From the NCBI GenBank assembly GCA_028534125.1, contig CM052816.1:5148001-5212000 (forward strand): 64,000 nucleotides of DNA, read 5' to 3'. This DNA is from Lama glama. Lineage: Eukaryota. Below, piece by piece: positions 35,730 to 49,334 of this stretch. The notes beneath the pieces are model-generated. The model did not search any database. It was not told where the DNA came from and was given only the letters and a program-made list of their open reading frames with translations. The position numbers and the translations under genes are program-made. Position 1 is the stretch's first letter. Each line of letters starts with the position of its first letter.

Positions 35730-36364
35730 ACAATTTTAAAAATGTCAGTTCCATTAGTGAATTATTTCATGTTTCACAGCAATATTGCTTCCCTCTGTTA
35801 ACTTGTCACTCTAGGGACCTTGGATAATGAATATTCAAATAACAGAGAACTCCCTATATACTTATTCAATATATAGCATACTTTTACATATTAAGTATAT
35901 ACTTGTTAAGTATACACAGAAGAAACTGAACACTCGTGTATCTAAAAATGCATCCACAATAGCAACCGTGGTGGGTAATGGTTTCTCTTTCCAGGTAACA
36001 GCACTAGTTCTGAGAGCTAAGTTCCATGCTTGCTGCCAGTGAGATAAATCACTTCGACATGTCCCAGGAGATGGAGCCTGAAGTCAGTCCAGAAGCTTCT
36101 GTGATGGGGAAGAGAATGGCCAAGGACTTGGGGCACCACACAGCATGGTCACCTGTGGCACCCCTCTGTCTGCTTCCCTGCCTCTGCTCTCCACACCGGC
36201 AGAGAACTTTCTCCCTGTGACTGGAGTTTGTTGACAAGGAGGCACCTGGGAGAATGAACAGGCACTAATGACAACAGCCATCACTTACCAAGTACCTCAA
36301 GTGTGTCAGGTGCTCTGCTGATATCATTTCTAATCTTTGCAGAAGTCTTGTGAGGTAGGAAATG

Positions 36365-37340
36365 GTTGTATCATTTGGAATTTTCTGATTAAAAATGACA
36401 GAAAAACCAATCAGGACTAATTTAAGCAAATCAAAGAAACCTATCAGCTATTGCTGTATAATAAACTGCCCCTAAACGCTATGCTTAAAATAATTATGAA
36501 TTGCTCAGGAGCCTACAGGTCACCTGCGTGGGTCTTCCGGTCCCGCTGGGCTCAACTTCGGTTGTCAGCTCTGCTGATCTTGGCGGGGCTCTCATGAATT
36601 TCTAGCTAGTTTAGGCCGGGACAACAGGCTCTCCTCCACGTGTCTCGTCATCCAGCAGGCTAGCCCCGGGTTGTTTACAGGTCCGAGAGAGTGAGTGTAA
36701 GTGCACAAGACCCACGAGACCAAGGCTTGGAACTGGCCCACTGTCACTTCTGCCGTGTTCTATCGGCCGAAGAAAATCACACGGCTAATCCAGATCCAAA
36801 GAGTAGGGGGAAGACTCCACCTCCTGATGGGAAATGACTGCAAAGCCATGTTGTAAGAACATGGTTACAGAGAAGCGTAGGGAGGTGTGGCCATTTTTGT
36901 AACTAATCTTGCACAAAGTATGCATTGGTACTGTAAAGCCAAAAGAGGTTGGCTGTAGGCACAGCTTAATGTAGGCACTCAAATAATATTGCTCTCTCCT
37001 GGTCTGGGTCTGCTCTAGGGGTTGCTCCATTCTCAGATATACTTTTCCTTCATGACAGCAAAATAACAAAAGTGACTCCGTGTTGCAAGTCGTCGCACCT
37101 GCTGAAAAGAGACAGCATCTGTCCCTCACAGCTGGACTCTCATAGGCTGAAGGTGGGTCACATGTATATCCCTGAACCAATCACTGGAGGGAGGGGTGAA
37201 GGAAGTGCGGGTAGCTGAGTTCCTGAGCAGAGGACAGGATTACCTCCAAACCATATGAGTTGAGGATGGAAAAAAAAGTGACTCCCTGTGGGAAACTGGG
37301 GTACCAGGTGGACAGTGGAAGGCTGCGGGGCAGCAAAGAG
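36365..37340 (-). mobile_element. Nested MaLR LTRs (MLT1H-like at about 36440-36915 inside an MLT1J-like element)
   Basis: tcagctattgctgtataataaac..catccagcaggctagcc..tgtcacttctgccgtgttctatcggcc; outer piece gggtcacatgtatatccctgaaccaatcactg. Confidence 0.7.
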
Positions 37341-38109
37341 CCCAGCTGTGCTCTGCGTTCATGACTTCCGTTTTACGGAGACGAAAAGGGACGCTCAGAG
37401 AGGTTAAGTGTCTGGAGGGAGGTGATCCAATGTCAGAACAGGACTGTAATCCATGTCTGCCTCACCCCAGAGCCTGAATGCTCTCCCAAAGCTGCTTCTC
37501 AATCCAGAGGGAAATTCCTTAACCCAGCTGCTGCTAACTCCTCTCTCCAGCTTTGGGTCATCTCCCTGCCCATCTCAGAAGGCAGCAGCCAGGATGAGGA
37601 GGGGGCTAGAGACCACATGGTTCGGGAACTGCTGAAGGCATCGAGTGACTTGGAGAAGACTCAGGACTGTGGGCTGCGCACATCAGAGTTCCTTCCCAGG
37701 AGAAGCCCAGGCAGCTGCAAAGATCTGGGGCCAGTGAACGCAAATCACAGGAGAGAGACACAAGATGAACGAATGCACAGTGAGGACCCCTCAGGGTGGA
37801 GGGGAATAGAAGCTGAAAGGGGCCAGGATGAGGAAGAGGAAGGAGGGAATGACAGGGAGGGGTGGGGACAGAAGGAACAAACCGGGTCCACTGGGTACCC
37901 CCAATTTAGCCAGATGGTTCCCAGAGCATCTTGTGCATTGGGTCCGTAAGGTCAGCTCAGTGACATGGGATTCTCAGACAGTGACTTAGCCGCGTCAAGG
38001 GCAAACCCAGACAGGAAGAGCCATCTCCTGATCCTCTGTCCCGGAGCCAGGAGACACTTCCTAAATTCCGGCTTGTATGGCTTCTAGGGGGCCCCAGAGA
38101 CAAGAGAGC

Positions 38110-38330
38110 CTAGTGGTGAGGCCTTAGCCTTAGCCTCTGTCAGAGCAGGTTTGAATCCATCCCTGACACTCCCCAGCTGTGTAATAGCGAACAAGCCGCT
38201 TCACTTCTCCTAGCCTCTGGTTTCTCATCTGAGGATGAGAATAATTCCAGCCTCCCAGGGCTGCTGTGGGAACCCAACGAGCTGGTGTGTTTCAAGTGCC
38301 CAGGCGGAGTGGAGCCCAGCACACAGAAGC
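38110..38330 (+). mobile_element. MIR SINE
   Basis: ggtttgaatcc..cagctgtgt..tttctcatctgaggatgagaataat. Confidence 0.7.
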
Positions 38331-39384
38331 CACTGGGCATCTGCTACCCCTCGGGGGTCCTCCCCACTTCAGGCCCTGCACAGCGCCCCCCACTGACGCA
38401 GAAATGGGTTCCAGGTGCCACAGGCAGGAAACCGAGGGGCCCTGAGGGGGCCCCCTCCCCCACCCCTCCCCCATCCCGCCTCTGTGTTCTCCCCCTGGCC
38501 TCCTGGTGCCCACCGACACACAGATCTCTTTCACCTCCAACTGCAAGAACCCGGCAGCTGATTTAGGAGTGTGCTCAGGGCCCAGAATGTAAACCGTTTC
38601 TCACCAGGAATGTGTAAACAACCCATAAAGCAAAGGATTTGGGGCCTGGTCACGTGGCCCAGCTGCTCATAAAACCAAAGCATTGATCTCCACTCTCGAG
38701 CAAGCCTCTAAGCCACGGGAATGATGGAGGGGCTGCGTCTTGGGAACCTGTAATCTCCCACCATACATCTGAGGGGGTGTGTTTGAAGTCCTAGCATGAG
38801 TTATTTACATCATTTTTGCAATGTGTACTGAAAGGGCATTATCCCAAACTCCTGGCAATGGGGCTTACAGGAACCTGGACACTTAAAAATACAGGAGAGA
38901 ACAAGGGATCCCTCTGGCAAGTCACTCACGAGCCACAGTTTCTCTGGGCAGCCATGTAATCAAAGCCAGATCATCAGGCCTAGACTTCCCCAAGCCCGGC
39001 TGTGCAAGGACCACCTTCTCAATTTCTGCCGCATCCTAGGACCACCTCATTGATTACTTACTTAATGGCACTTACTTTAAATCACTACCTTTTTACTTAG
39101 CTTCATTCCAAACAGTATCCATGAAATCACATTTGGTATCTCAGGTTAATTTTTTCCTTTTGTACATTAAAATATATTCATAACTGAAAATAACACATAT
39201 TCACCTGTATCATGTAAAATTGTCCAGCTGTGATACCACCAGTGTACCACAGCTGGGAGAACACTGACCTAGTCAAACACGCTCACAGACAAATTGGGAA
39301 GCTGAGGCCCACAGAGAAGGGTCTTGCCCAAGGTCACTCAGCTATTTAGAGGTGAACTGGGAGCAGAAAAGCTTAGTAACACGT

Positions 39385-39612
39385 TCCCATTTATTGAGCA
39401 TTTACTATGCACTCAGCACTGCACCAGCCCTTTAGGCATATTTCCTGATTCACATAACAACAAGATAGTGTCAGTCATTGTCCCAGTGGTGCAGACGAGG
39501 GAGCTGAAGCCCAGAGAGGTTAAGTGCCTTGTCCAAGGTGACACAGCTATTCAGTTGTTCAACCAGCATTTTAACTCACATCTGCCTGACTTCAAAGGCT
39601 GGCTGTTAACCA
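39385..39612 (-). mobile_element. MIR SINE
   Basis: atttattgagcatttactatg..cccagagaggttaagtgccttgtccaaggtgacacagct. Confidence 0.85.
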
Positions 39613-42600
39613 TCCAAGGGAAGGAGGGAAGGGAGAGGGGAAGGAAGGAATGGAGTATTTATTAAGTGCTAGCAACTCTTGTATCTATTGCTGGATCCTT
39701 CTCTGCTCACCCATTCAGTGTCCTTGTCCCATAAAATCTTCACTCTAGCCTAGAATTGCCATGAAGAATATTGTCCCTCCCTCAAAGCCCTTGGGCAAAG
39801 GAATAGGTGTTTAAATCTCAGAGCCCCAGGGATGGACTCAAGTCTGTGGTGAATCCGCAGGCCCTCAGCAGAGGGCCCTGCAGATCTCGGGCTGTGGGTG
39901 CTGTGTGTATGCTTGAGAAGGTTGGGCTTTGGGTCAGGCATGACTAAGATCAAATCCCAGCACCTCTGCTCCCTAATCCAGTACATCAGGCAAGCCATTC
40001 CACCTCCCTGAGCCATCGTGAATGTGATGGGAATAATGTTAGCGCCTATCTCCCCGGATTTTAGTGAAGGAGAAAGCACTGCTGCGTGTCAAGTGCTTAG
40101 CACAGTACTGGGGACATGACACTTAAAAAGTCTTTAAAAAGAACACAGGGATCTTATTGGGGAACAATGAAGCCCATCTCCTCTGGAACCTCAGAGCAGA
40201 TCTGCACCTGCCACACAGCTTGCAGCCACCACGTAGACCACAGTCAGGGCAGCTGGACCAAGAGATGCGGAGACATGGAGAAAAGGAGCACAAAAGATGC
40301 ACTCGGGATCCAGCTCCACCACCAAGGAGCCCGCATTTTGTACCAGTCACAAGGTCTGGCCAAGCCTGTTTTCTCAACTGCCAAATGGGCATCACCTAGG
40401 CCTCAAGTTTAAATGACCATCTTTGCGTTCATAGAATTGACTGAGTCCTTGGCTTGTCAGGGCACAAGACACTGCCCATGGTCACTAGAACCAATCGCTA
40501 ATTTTACAAATTTGGAAACTCTTCATGCATGTATGTGCATGCGTATGGAGTGCTACGTGTACGTGAGGGATGGTACTCGAGAGTTTGGGGTTCTGATTTT
40601 ACCTCAGCCATTACAATAGAAGTTGCTGGCCTTGCTAAACCTCAGTTTTCCCAGGTGTGAAATGGGCACAGTCAAGCCTCTTCTTAAAAAAACTGTTTTG
40701 AGGTTTTTATGGATGAGGTCTACAGAGCCCTGCACAGATGGTAAAGGCTCAGTTTACAAACTACTATTCCTTGTTTCTGAGGAACACATTTTCAGGGCCT
40801 GATGTGGGAAATAAAGATCCTAGGAAATGCTTGCCAGTCTCCTGAACCGAGGAAAATAAAAATAAGGCTGCTATGGAAACATAAATAATTCCAACCAGCA
40901 GGATCCAGTAAGGAGGAAGGCAGCTTTTGAGTTGACCCCCTAAGAATGGGAAAGATTTCCTTTTTTTTAAAAAAAGGAAAGATTTCAAAATACAATTTGC
41001 CCCATGGCTATGTGTTCAAATTCCACCTATCCTTCAAAAGTCACCTCCTCCCAAAAGCCTTCCGGGAACACTCTTCAGTGGAAGCGGCCCCTCCCTCCTC
41101 TTTTGAAATCCCATTTCTCTGCCTCAGCTGGGTCCTTATCACCACTACTGTTTGGTATTTACTTATTTCTGGGGCTCTTTAAGGAAACTCCCTGAGGGCC
41201 CCTCTGGTACCCAGTGGGGACTCAACAACCAAACTGGACTGAATGGATATGTGTGTTCTAATGGCCAAATCAGGGCACTGAGACAAAAGCTGGATTGAAG
41301 GTCCCTGGGGTGGGGTTCCCTGCCTGCGCATGTCCCAGTCTCAGGCTCCTCTGGTGAGGGGCTTGGGGGTCTGCAATAAAAGAAGATGCATGAGCCTCAT
41401 CTTCTGCCCCGCCCTGGACCTTCTCCAGACCCCACTTTGCCCTGATGGTCAGAGCATCCCAGGCTCTCAGCCTCCCTGGGCAAACCCCTAGAACACGTGG
41501 TCTTTGGGGTGACAATGAGACCCTACCAGGCAGGCTCTGGTTTTTAGGTGGCTGCTTCCTGGCTGAGTTACTTGGCAGGGAAAGAGGGTGTGGGCATACT
41601 CTGCTGGGCATTTCTTATGTTCCTTCGTTTCATCTCCACAACTCTGTGAAAAAGGTAGTGTCATTGCCTAGTCTCCGATGGGGGAGTGAGGGTACTCAAG
41701 ATTGCCCGGTTAGTAGTAACTAGGGAATCTTCGTTCTACCACCACCCCACAAATCAACTTACTCCCTGTTTAGGCCATTTTATCTGCTAAGTGTTTCTCA
41801 AGCCCACTCTTTTGTCTCCATGCTTGCCGCCAGCCCGCTGGTCCAAGCCACCATCTCTCGTTGCCAAGTGATCATCCTGCCACCAGTCTGTCCTAAGACT
41901 GTAGCCAGCAGCTTGTTTAAAAATCTTTTAAATTTAATTTCTTCAAACATATGCCCACAATACACACACACACACACACACATATAAACATACACATACA
42001 CATATAATTTATATAAATACCTAAAAATGATCAGAAAAACACTCTATTTAGTCAGCATAGTTTTCATTCTTTTCTTTTCTGTTTGGCTCCTGTTTTTCAA
42101 TCTCCTCCCCTTAACATAGCACCCACGCTCCATGCCAACAAACTAGCATAATTCCTGTGTTCTTATCTACTTATTCAACCCTAAACAGGCTCATTCAATT
42201 CTAAGCATTACTTGTATTTACATTTTTATACAGAGTTTGTCACTGTTTTTTTTTAATGGGACCATATGATAGTTTTCTGCTCCTTGCCTTCTTTGCCCAA
42301 CATTACCTCATAGCCATCCTTCCAAGTGTAGCCCTCCAAGCTGGTGTATCTATAATTCATTCTTTTTAATGGCTGCCTAATGTTCCACCACACAGGTGTA
42401 TCAATTTATTCAGTTGTCGCCTTGTGGATAGTCATTTCCCACTTCCAGGTTTTCACCACTAGGGATGCTGTTGCAGGAAGTGTTAGGTAGGGTTCTAAGA
42501 AGAGTATGGAAGCTGCTGATCCGGTTTGATTGAGCTGGAGGCTCAGTTTCTAGGACCAGAGTCCCAAACCACACCATGGAGTAGTAGCCTAAGGAGTTAC

Positions 42601-42804
42601 CAGCTGCGATCTCACCAAGCCTTCCGCTCACCCCACGCCATGCCATGCTGCACCTGGAGTTCCACCTTGCAGCCCCTTCCTAATCTTTTTTGGCCATTTA
42701 ATTTGCTCAGTCATTATCTAATCATCACCTTTGCCCATTTTTCTATCGGGATGTTCTCTCCTTTCAAGCTGCATGCTAGATCTCTTCCAGCGGCTACAAC
42801 ACCC

Positions 42805-43180
42805 CCCTCCCAGGTCTATGCTCCGCCTTTCTCCATCTGCTCTGTGCCTCTTACTCCATAAGGACTGTAAGGAGCTCCCAGTCCTCAGCTTTCAGTTGGG
42901 TCTGGCCAGTGGGAGGCACAGCTGGAGGTGACCGTGCAGGAGGGAAGAGAGGCTGGGGTATTTATTTCTCAGCCCTCCCCTCTTCTCTTGCTGGGCACAG
43001 GTCCTAGGTAGAAGTGATTCCCTTCTGACACCAGCTCTTGTTCACCTCCCTGGGTATGTTTCCTGAACCCTGGCCAAACCTTTGAAAACAGTCCTCCTCC
43101 TGTATTGTCCCTTTATTACATCTCCTTAAACTACCCAGTTCTGGTGTGCCACCTACCTCCTGGTGGACCCTGATGGATAT
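42805..43180 (+). mobile_element. ERVL solo LTR (LTR33-like)
   Basis: tctgctctgtgcc..cagttgggtctggccagtgggaggcac..ggggtatttatt. Confidence 0.7.
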
Positions 43181-43582
43181 AAAATAGGAACCCTTTCTCT
43201 GTTGCCAGTGTTACAGTTGCTTTTCAAGTTCTACTTTTTTTTCTTGCCCAGTGATTTTATTTTTTGTATCTTTTGCCATACAAAAGATTATATATATATT
43301 TATACATATTATTTATGTATATAATATTACATTATATATAAAACAATATTCTACTTTATGGTTATATCACATTTTATTCATTTATCATTGAGGAACATTT
43401 GGCTTGTATAGATTTTACATATATTGTATAATCATATATATCATATATATCATGTACGTTAAACATATATGATATATATGACATACATATACAGTCAAAT
43501 TTAATTTTAAAATAAAATCACTTTTCTTTTATAGCGTCTTGATTTTCAGCCTTGAAAGGTGAGGTCTTCCCTGCCTTTACAT

Positions 43583-44304
43583 CAGAAGTTGGCAAAAATT
43601 TTTCTGTGAAAGGCCAAGTAGTATCTATTTCCGATTTTGTGGGGTGTATAGACTCTGTTGCAACTACTCGATGCTGCCATTGTACCAAAAAATGCAACCA
43701 CAGACAATATATCCAGTGAAACACCGTTTACAAAGACGGGCAGCAGCAATTCCGCTCCTAGGTATCTGCCCAAGAGGATTGAAAGCGTAGGTCGGCCAAA
43801 AACCTGTACCTGGATGTTCACAGCAGCACTAGTCAAAATAGCCAAAAGGTGGAAACAACCCAACTGTCCATAAACAGATGAACAGATAAATAGCCAAAGA
43901 AAGGAAGCATATTCCTCTGCAAAAATCCTGATCCATGCTGCAACATGGGTGAACCTTGGAAACATTATGCTAAGTGAAAGAAGTCAGACACAAAAGGTCA
44001 CATATCATATGATTCCATTTCTATCAAATATCCAGAATAGTCATATTCCCAGAATAGGAGGTGGGGGGTTGACAGCTCATGAGTATGGAGTTTCTTTTTG
44101 AGGTTATGAAAATGTTCTAAAATTGACTCTTGTGATGGTTGCACATATCTATGAACATACTAAAACCCACTGAATTGTGCACTTCAAATGAATGGATTTT
44201 ATGGTATGTGAATTATATCTCAATAAAGCTGTTATTAAAACAAAAATAAAAGTCAAAGGCAGCCAGGTGGGTTTGGTCCATGGGCAGCAGTTAGCTGACC
44301 CCTG
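43583..44304 (-). mobile_element. MER58A split by an L1 3' end
   Basis: gttggcaaaaatttttctgtgaaaggcca..tctgttgcaactactc; right end cagttagctgacccctg. Confidence 0.8.
43742..44245 (+). mobile_element. L1MB-like 3' end
   Basis: agcaattccgctcctaggtat..ttatggtatgtgaattatatctcaataaagctgtt. Confidence 0.88.
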
Positions 44305-44689
44305 CTCTACTTTACATACGCCATCTCCTAGAACCTCTTACAATATTTTGTATTATTTTAATTCTTACATTAAATTTTTGATCCACCTGAAATTCAGTAT
44401 TTGATGTGTAAGATGGGGTTCATTTTTATTTATTCCAGTGGCTACATTATTGGGCCTGCACCATTTGTGAAATAAAGCATCCCTTTTTCTACTGATATGA
44501 GGCACCACTTTTGTCAAATATTAACACCTATATCCTGGGGTCTAATTCTGGATTATTTATCATGTTCCATGGATCTATTTGTCCAGGCCTTTCCCAATGC
44601 CAGCGTGAGCTGATTTTAGTGACTTTATTGCATGTTCTGGTTTCTGTAAAGGAAGTCCCCCCTCCTGTTCTTTTCTTCCCCACTTGAGT

Positions 44690-45200
44690 TGCAGCCAGTG
44701 AGCTTATCAAAATGGATATCACTCGCTGCTTAAAAGCCTTTAATGGATTTCCACTGCTCTTACAATTATAGCCCAAATCCTAGCTAGCCCTTGAGAGCTG
44801 CATGCTTGGCACTGCCTAGCTCTTCCACTTCACTTGGGACTCTGTGCCTCAGCCATGCTAAAGTTACTTAAGTGCGCCTGCTCTCTCCTGCCCCAGGGCC
44901 TTTGCACTGGATGTTTCCACTGCCTGGAATGCTTTTCCATCCCCTTTGTCGAGTAAACTCCTACTCTTCTTTAACCTCCATTTGATCATCATTTCGGGTC
45001 AGCCTATGTTGAGCTTCCTGACCAGAACAAATCTCCCCCTCCACATCATGGACCTATGCCATGCTTTAATATTACATTTATTTATAAAATTTGTGGACTA
45101 ACTTCTGCCTTCTCCAGCTTCTCTTTGCCTTCCTAGTATTTAGCACTGTGTCCCAAACATAGTACTCAAAAGAAAAAAAAATGTTGAAGGTGTGAATTAA
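44690..45200 (+). mobile_element. L2 LINE fragment
   Basis: ctgcttaaaagcctttaatgg..cagggcctttgcactgg..ctgcctggaatgc. Confidence 0.8.
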
Positions 45201-47124
45201 CAGGTAGAGGCTGAACTCAGGCACCGCCCTGCCTGGCTCTGAAACCTACCTTCTCCCCTTCCTCGTGCTGTGCACTGCCTTGAAGCAAGCCTGGGACTGG
45301 ACATCAGGAGACCTGGGTTCTAGACTCGCTCTGCCTCCAGTGGAGGCAATGCACTAAACCTCTCTGCAAAGTGCTTTCCTAGTCCTTGCCTTTCTCTGTC
45401 TTGAAATCCTCACAGCCACCTTGGGAGGCAAGCAGTGTGGGGCTAAATTCCCCCGTGATGGTACAGTTGAGAAATCTGAAGTCGAGGGTGAGGCGACTCG
45501 CCCAGTGTCACACAGTCAGTTAGAGGCTGAGCCAAGAGCCCTGCTCTCTGTTCATCTGGAAAGAGCCTTTCCTGAGTTGGGCCTCCGTTTCCCTGTTTGT
45601 AAGATGATGACAAGGGGTCTGGACTGAATGGCATCAACGTTGTCACATCTCAAGCACTCAAGGTATTGCTCTGTCTGAGCTCCACCTCTATTATTATTGA
45701 CTGGAAATTTTTATTCAAAGTTTTTTTTTAACGTAATTACCTTTATCTTTAAATGTACAGTTTTTTTTGAAAAAAATTGCTAAAAATAAAAATTTTTATG
45801 ACATCAGCCATTCCATTATAATCACTGGTGGCATTTTATCTAAGACATGCATCAGTAAATGTGCATCGATTCGAGTCAGAATGGCTCATCTGGGAGCTAC
45901 TGACAATCCTCTCATACCTCTAGCAGTGAAGGTTCTTTGCCTTGGGAAACCAGGGTCTGGGGGCTGGTTGAGAACAGCACTCCTCCACGAAGCTTTAATG
46001 TATTCAATCCAGCAATAAATGTCTGCTTAGGGCCATGCTGTGCAGAGCACCAGGCCAGGTCCTGCCGTATCAAGGTGGGCCTCAGGGAGGTGGTGGGGGG
46101 CACAGCTGGGTGCTGCCTGGCCGCAGGTCCGTGTGGGAACCTGCCATGTGTGTCCATCCATGCGAGTGTTCATGTGTTTCTGGGCACACACCCACAACAG
46201 TCCCTCCTCCCTGGGCTTCCAGCACAGCTCTTCCTTCCAGGCCTGGTCTGGGGTCAGCCCGTGTGACGGCCAGGCGGGGTCTGCTTTCTCTCAGGGCCAG
46301 AGCTGTGGAGTGAGAGAGACAAGGGGGGCCACCAAGGCAGGCAACCTGGCCCTGCCAGATTTCCTGGGGGCCAGTAAGCAAAGCGGGCCCCTTGGGAGTC
46401 CTCACTGGGGACCATGTCACCCTGGGACCTAGAATTCTGGAATGTTCCTAGTCTCACCCTCTCATCCTACTAATGGGCCCTGGACGGGGAGAAGAGCTGC
46501 CAGAGATGCTGAGCATGAGCAGGGCCAGGCCTCGGGGTTGTCTCTGCCCTGCTGTGGCTTCTGCACACACTCCCAGGGAGTCAGCCAAGCGCTGTTCATG
46601 GCAAAGCCGACTTGAGGAGAAAACCAGTATTTCAAAATCATTCAGAGAAAAGCTCATGTGTATTAAGCACTCTCTTCACTGGATGTCAGGCACTGTTTTA
46701 AGCACTTTAAACACATTAACACATTTAGCCCTCAAACAACTCTAAGAGGTAGATATGACATTATTATCCCATTTTCCTGATGACGGAAGCAAGGCACAGA
46801 GAGGTTCACTGACTTGACCAGGGTCACACAGCTGGTGAGTTGGCTTCGTGGCCAACCTTCCTTGCCTCTACATTAAGCAGAGAAAGTGTTGAGGCCTGTG
46901 GACAGAAAGATGCCTTCATTCGTCCGACACTAAGTTGAGAATCACTGTAGCCCTTCTGCCATTCCATGGCACGTTCTTGAAGCCTAACCCTACCAGCATC
47001 ACTTCCCAGTTGAGGAGACCAAATTCCAGGAGGCAGAGTTACGCACGAGCTCAAGATCACACAGCTGTCCCCGGGTCCCCTCACCACTTGCCATCATTAT
47101 GCTGAATGCTTTCTCTGATTTGCT

Positions 47125-47305
47125 TCATCTAATCCTCACAACAACCCTATAAGTAGGAAGTACCATTCTCCCCATTTTATGGATGAGGCAATGGAGGTTC
47201 AGAGTGGTTAAGTAACTTGCCCAAGGGCAAACAGCTAGTAAGTGGCCGAGGCAGCACTTGAACCCAGGTCTTTCTGATCTGAAGCCTGTGACCTTAACTA
47301 CCAGG
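47125..47305 (-). mobile_element. MIR SINE (well preserved)
   Basis: aatcctcacaacaaccctat..ggttaagtaacttgcccaagg..gctagtaagtggc..tgaacccagg. Confidence 0.9.
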
Positions 47306-48396
47306 TTCTCCTGCCTCCCGTGTCCCTGCATCTCATAACCACACGTAAGGAGGGCAAGGCACAGATGCTGCCCCATCTTACAGAGGAGGACACAGACGCA
47401 GCTGGCCTGGGAGCACGCAGCAAGTGAACAGGGGAGCTGGGACTCAGAACTCCAGGTCCATGTGACTCCCTGGCCAGTGTCCTTCCCTTTGTTCCCTCGG
47501 GAACACTCCAGAAAAGGCCCCAGCTTTACATCTGCCTGTTGTCAGCAATGAATGCAATGTTGCCAGAGATGCTTTCCAAAGCCATTATCCCACAAGCCCA
47601 TAAACGTCAAAACATGTCCCATTTTACAGATGGGCAATTAGAGGCCCAGAGAGGGTAAGAGACTTGCCCAAGGCCTTGAACTAGGGTCCTTGACTGCAAG
47701 TCCAGCGAGCGAGGCTCCAGCTAGCTGGCCTCCTTGCTCTGGCCAGAGGCGGGACCATAAGAGCATGGCCTTTCAGGTTTATTGCCACCCTGAAGTCAAA
47801 TCCTGCCGCTCAGCTGGAACTTGCAGGAATGATCTCGAAGACAGGAGCTGTTATTGTCCAGATGAGAGGATGGGGGCAGGGAAGGGGGCACGCTGACCCT
47901 CCAAATTCCCTTGAAGCAGTTTGCTTTCTCTTAGGCAGGACAGGTTTCTGCTGCGTTTGCGTGCAGTTGGCTGAAACGCCGGCCATGGTAACAGAAAGAG
48001 CACCAAGATCACCTGCTTCTTACAAACCGACGAAGCAAGGCTGCAACAGGCGCAGGTGGAGGCCGTTTCTCTCTGACGCATGGGAGCTGTTCGTTGATAA
48101 GAATTGAGCAACAGAACTTGGAAAATGTTAACATGGGGTCACCCTGCCTGGCTGAAAAGTCCTAAGGGGCTTCCGTTGGTGAGTCATGGGTCGGGGCAGC
48201 AGAACCCTGGATGTTGAAAGGAGAGATGGGCAATCAGAAGACAACAATGACACTCTCATATTTAGAGTTCCCGGCACCATGTGCTTTATAAACAGCAAAT
48301 AGTTTCGGAGCCCACTGTGTGGTTATGGGTGCCGGAGTCACAGGGCCTGGGTTTGAATCCCAGTGTCACCACTCCCCCCTGGCTGGCCCTGGGCAG

Positions 48397-48529
48397 GAGG
48401 GCTGGACTAGGGCGAGGTGAGGGAGGTGCCCAGGATACAAAATTTAAGGAACTGCAACCCTGAGACTGAGTGCCCTCTGAATTTTTGCAGCCTGGTTACC
48501 TCTCCTGTTTCACCCTAGTGCTGGCCCTG
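48397..48529. mobile_element. MER96-like palindromic hAT MITE inside a MIR
   Basis: gggctggactagggcgagg..caaaatttaagga pairs with tgaatttttg..caccctagtgctggccctg. Confidence 0.75.
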
Positions 48530-48743
48530 TCGGCAACTTACTTTTCCTGTCTGAACTCCAGATCTGTCTGTGTGACAGGCGTGTTAATAACAGTCCCTAC
48601 CTCGGAGGAGTGAGGAGTGAGAAGAGGCAGAGAAAGTGCTCAGCCCGGAACTGCCAGTCGGTCAGCACTGAGAACGCCAGCCAGTGTTCCTGCGCAGGGC
48701 TGGGAGCTGTGCTGTGTGCTGGGCTTACAGCGGTGAGTGAGGC

Positions 48744-49096
48744 TGTCATGGACTGAATATGTTGCCCCCAAATTCACATGTTGAAATCCTGATCCCCAAC
48801 GTGATGGCATGAGAAGGTGGGGCCTTTGGGAGGTGATTAGGTCCTGAAGGTGGAGCCTTCATGAACAGGACCGGGCCCTTGTAAAGAGACTTCAGAGAGA
48901 CGCATCACGTGAGGATAGAGTGAGAAGTCGGCAGCCTGCAACCTACAACTAGGAAGAAGTTTCTCACCAGAGCCCAAACCTGCTGGCACCTGATCTCGAA
49001 CTTCTGGCCTCCAGAACTGTGAGAAATAAATTTCTGTTGCTTATAAACCACGCAGCACTTTGGCACTTGGTTTCAGCAGCCTGAATGGACTAAGCA
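48744..49096 (+). mobile_element. MaLR solo LTR (MLT1A0-like)
   Basis: tgtcatggactgaat..ggtggggcctttgggaggtgattagg..gcctccagaactgtgagaaataaatttctgttg..ggactaagca. Confidence 0.9.
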
Positions 49097-49246
49097 GCAC
49101 ATCCCACCCCTGACCTCATGGTGCTTACAGAAGAGCCAGGAAGACATGAGAGAGAGACTGTGATAAGAGGTGGAGGGGGAGGAGGAGGAAGCCAGGGAAA
49201 ACATCTCAGTAAGACGAGAAGTAGGATGAGAAAAGGAAAAATCCAA

Positions 49247-49334
49247 GGGGGTGGTTATAGCTCAGTGGTGGGAAGCATGCATGAGGTCTCGAGTTCACCT
49301 CCTTTAAAAACAAAAACAAAAACAAAAACAAAAA
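49247..49334 (+). mobile_element. Degenerate tRNA-Ala-derived SINE
   Basis: gggggtggttatagctcagtggt..gcatgcatgaggtc plus (AAAAAC)n tail. Confidence 0.8.

Noticed and set aside
37422..37949. 175-aa ORF with an acidic stretch
   Set aside because: Begins in a MIR-like remnant at GTG; the acidic run reflects purine-rich low-complexity DNA; no recognisable homology
4709..49334. Multiple tRNA-Ala(AGC)-like sequences as tRNA genes
   Set aside because: They carry stem-disrupting mutations, a shared non-tRNA body, A-rich tails and mostly TSDs, so they are SINE copies
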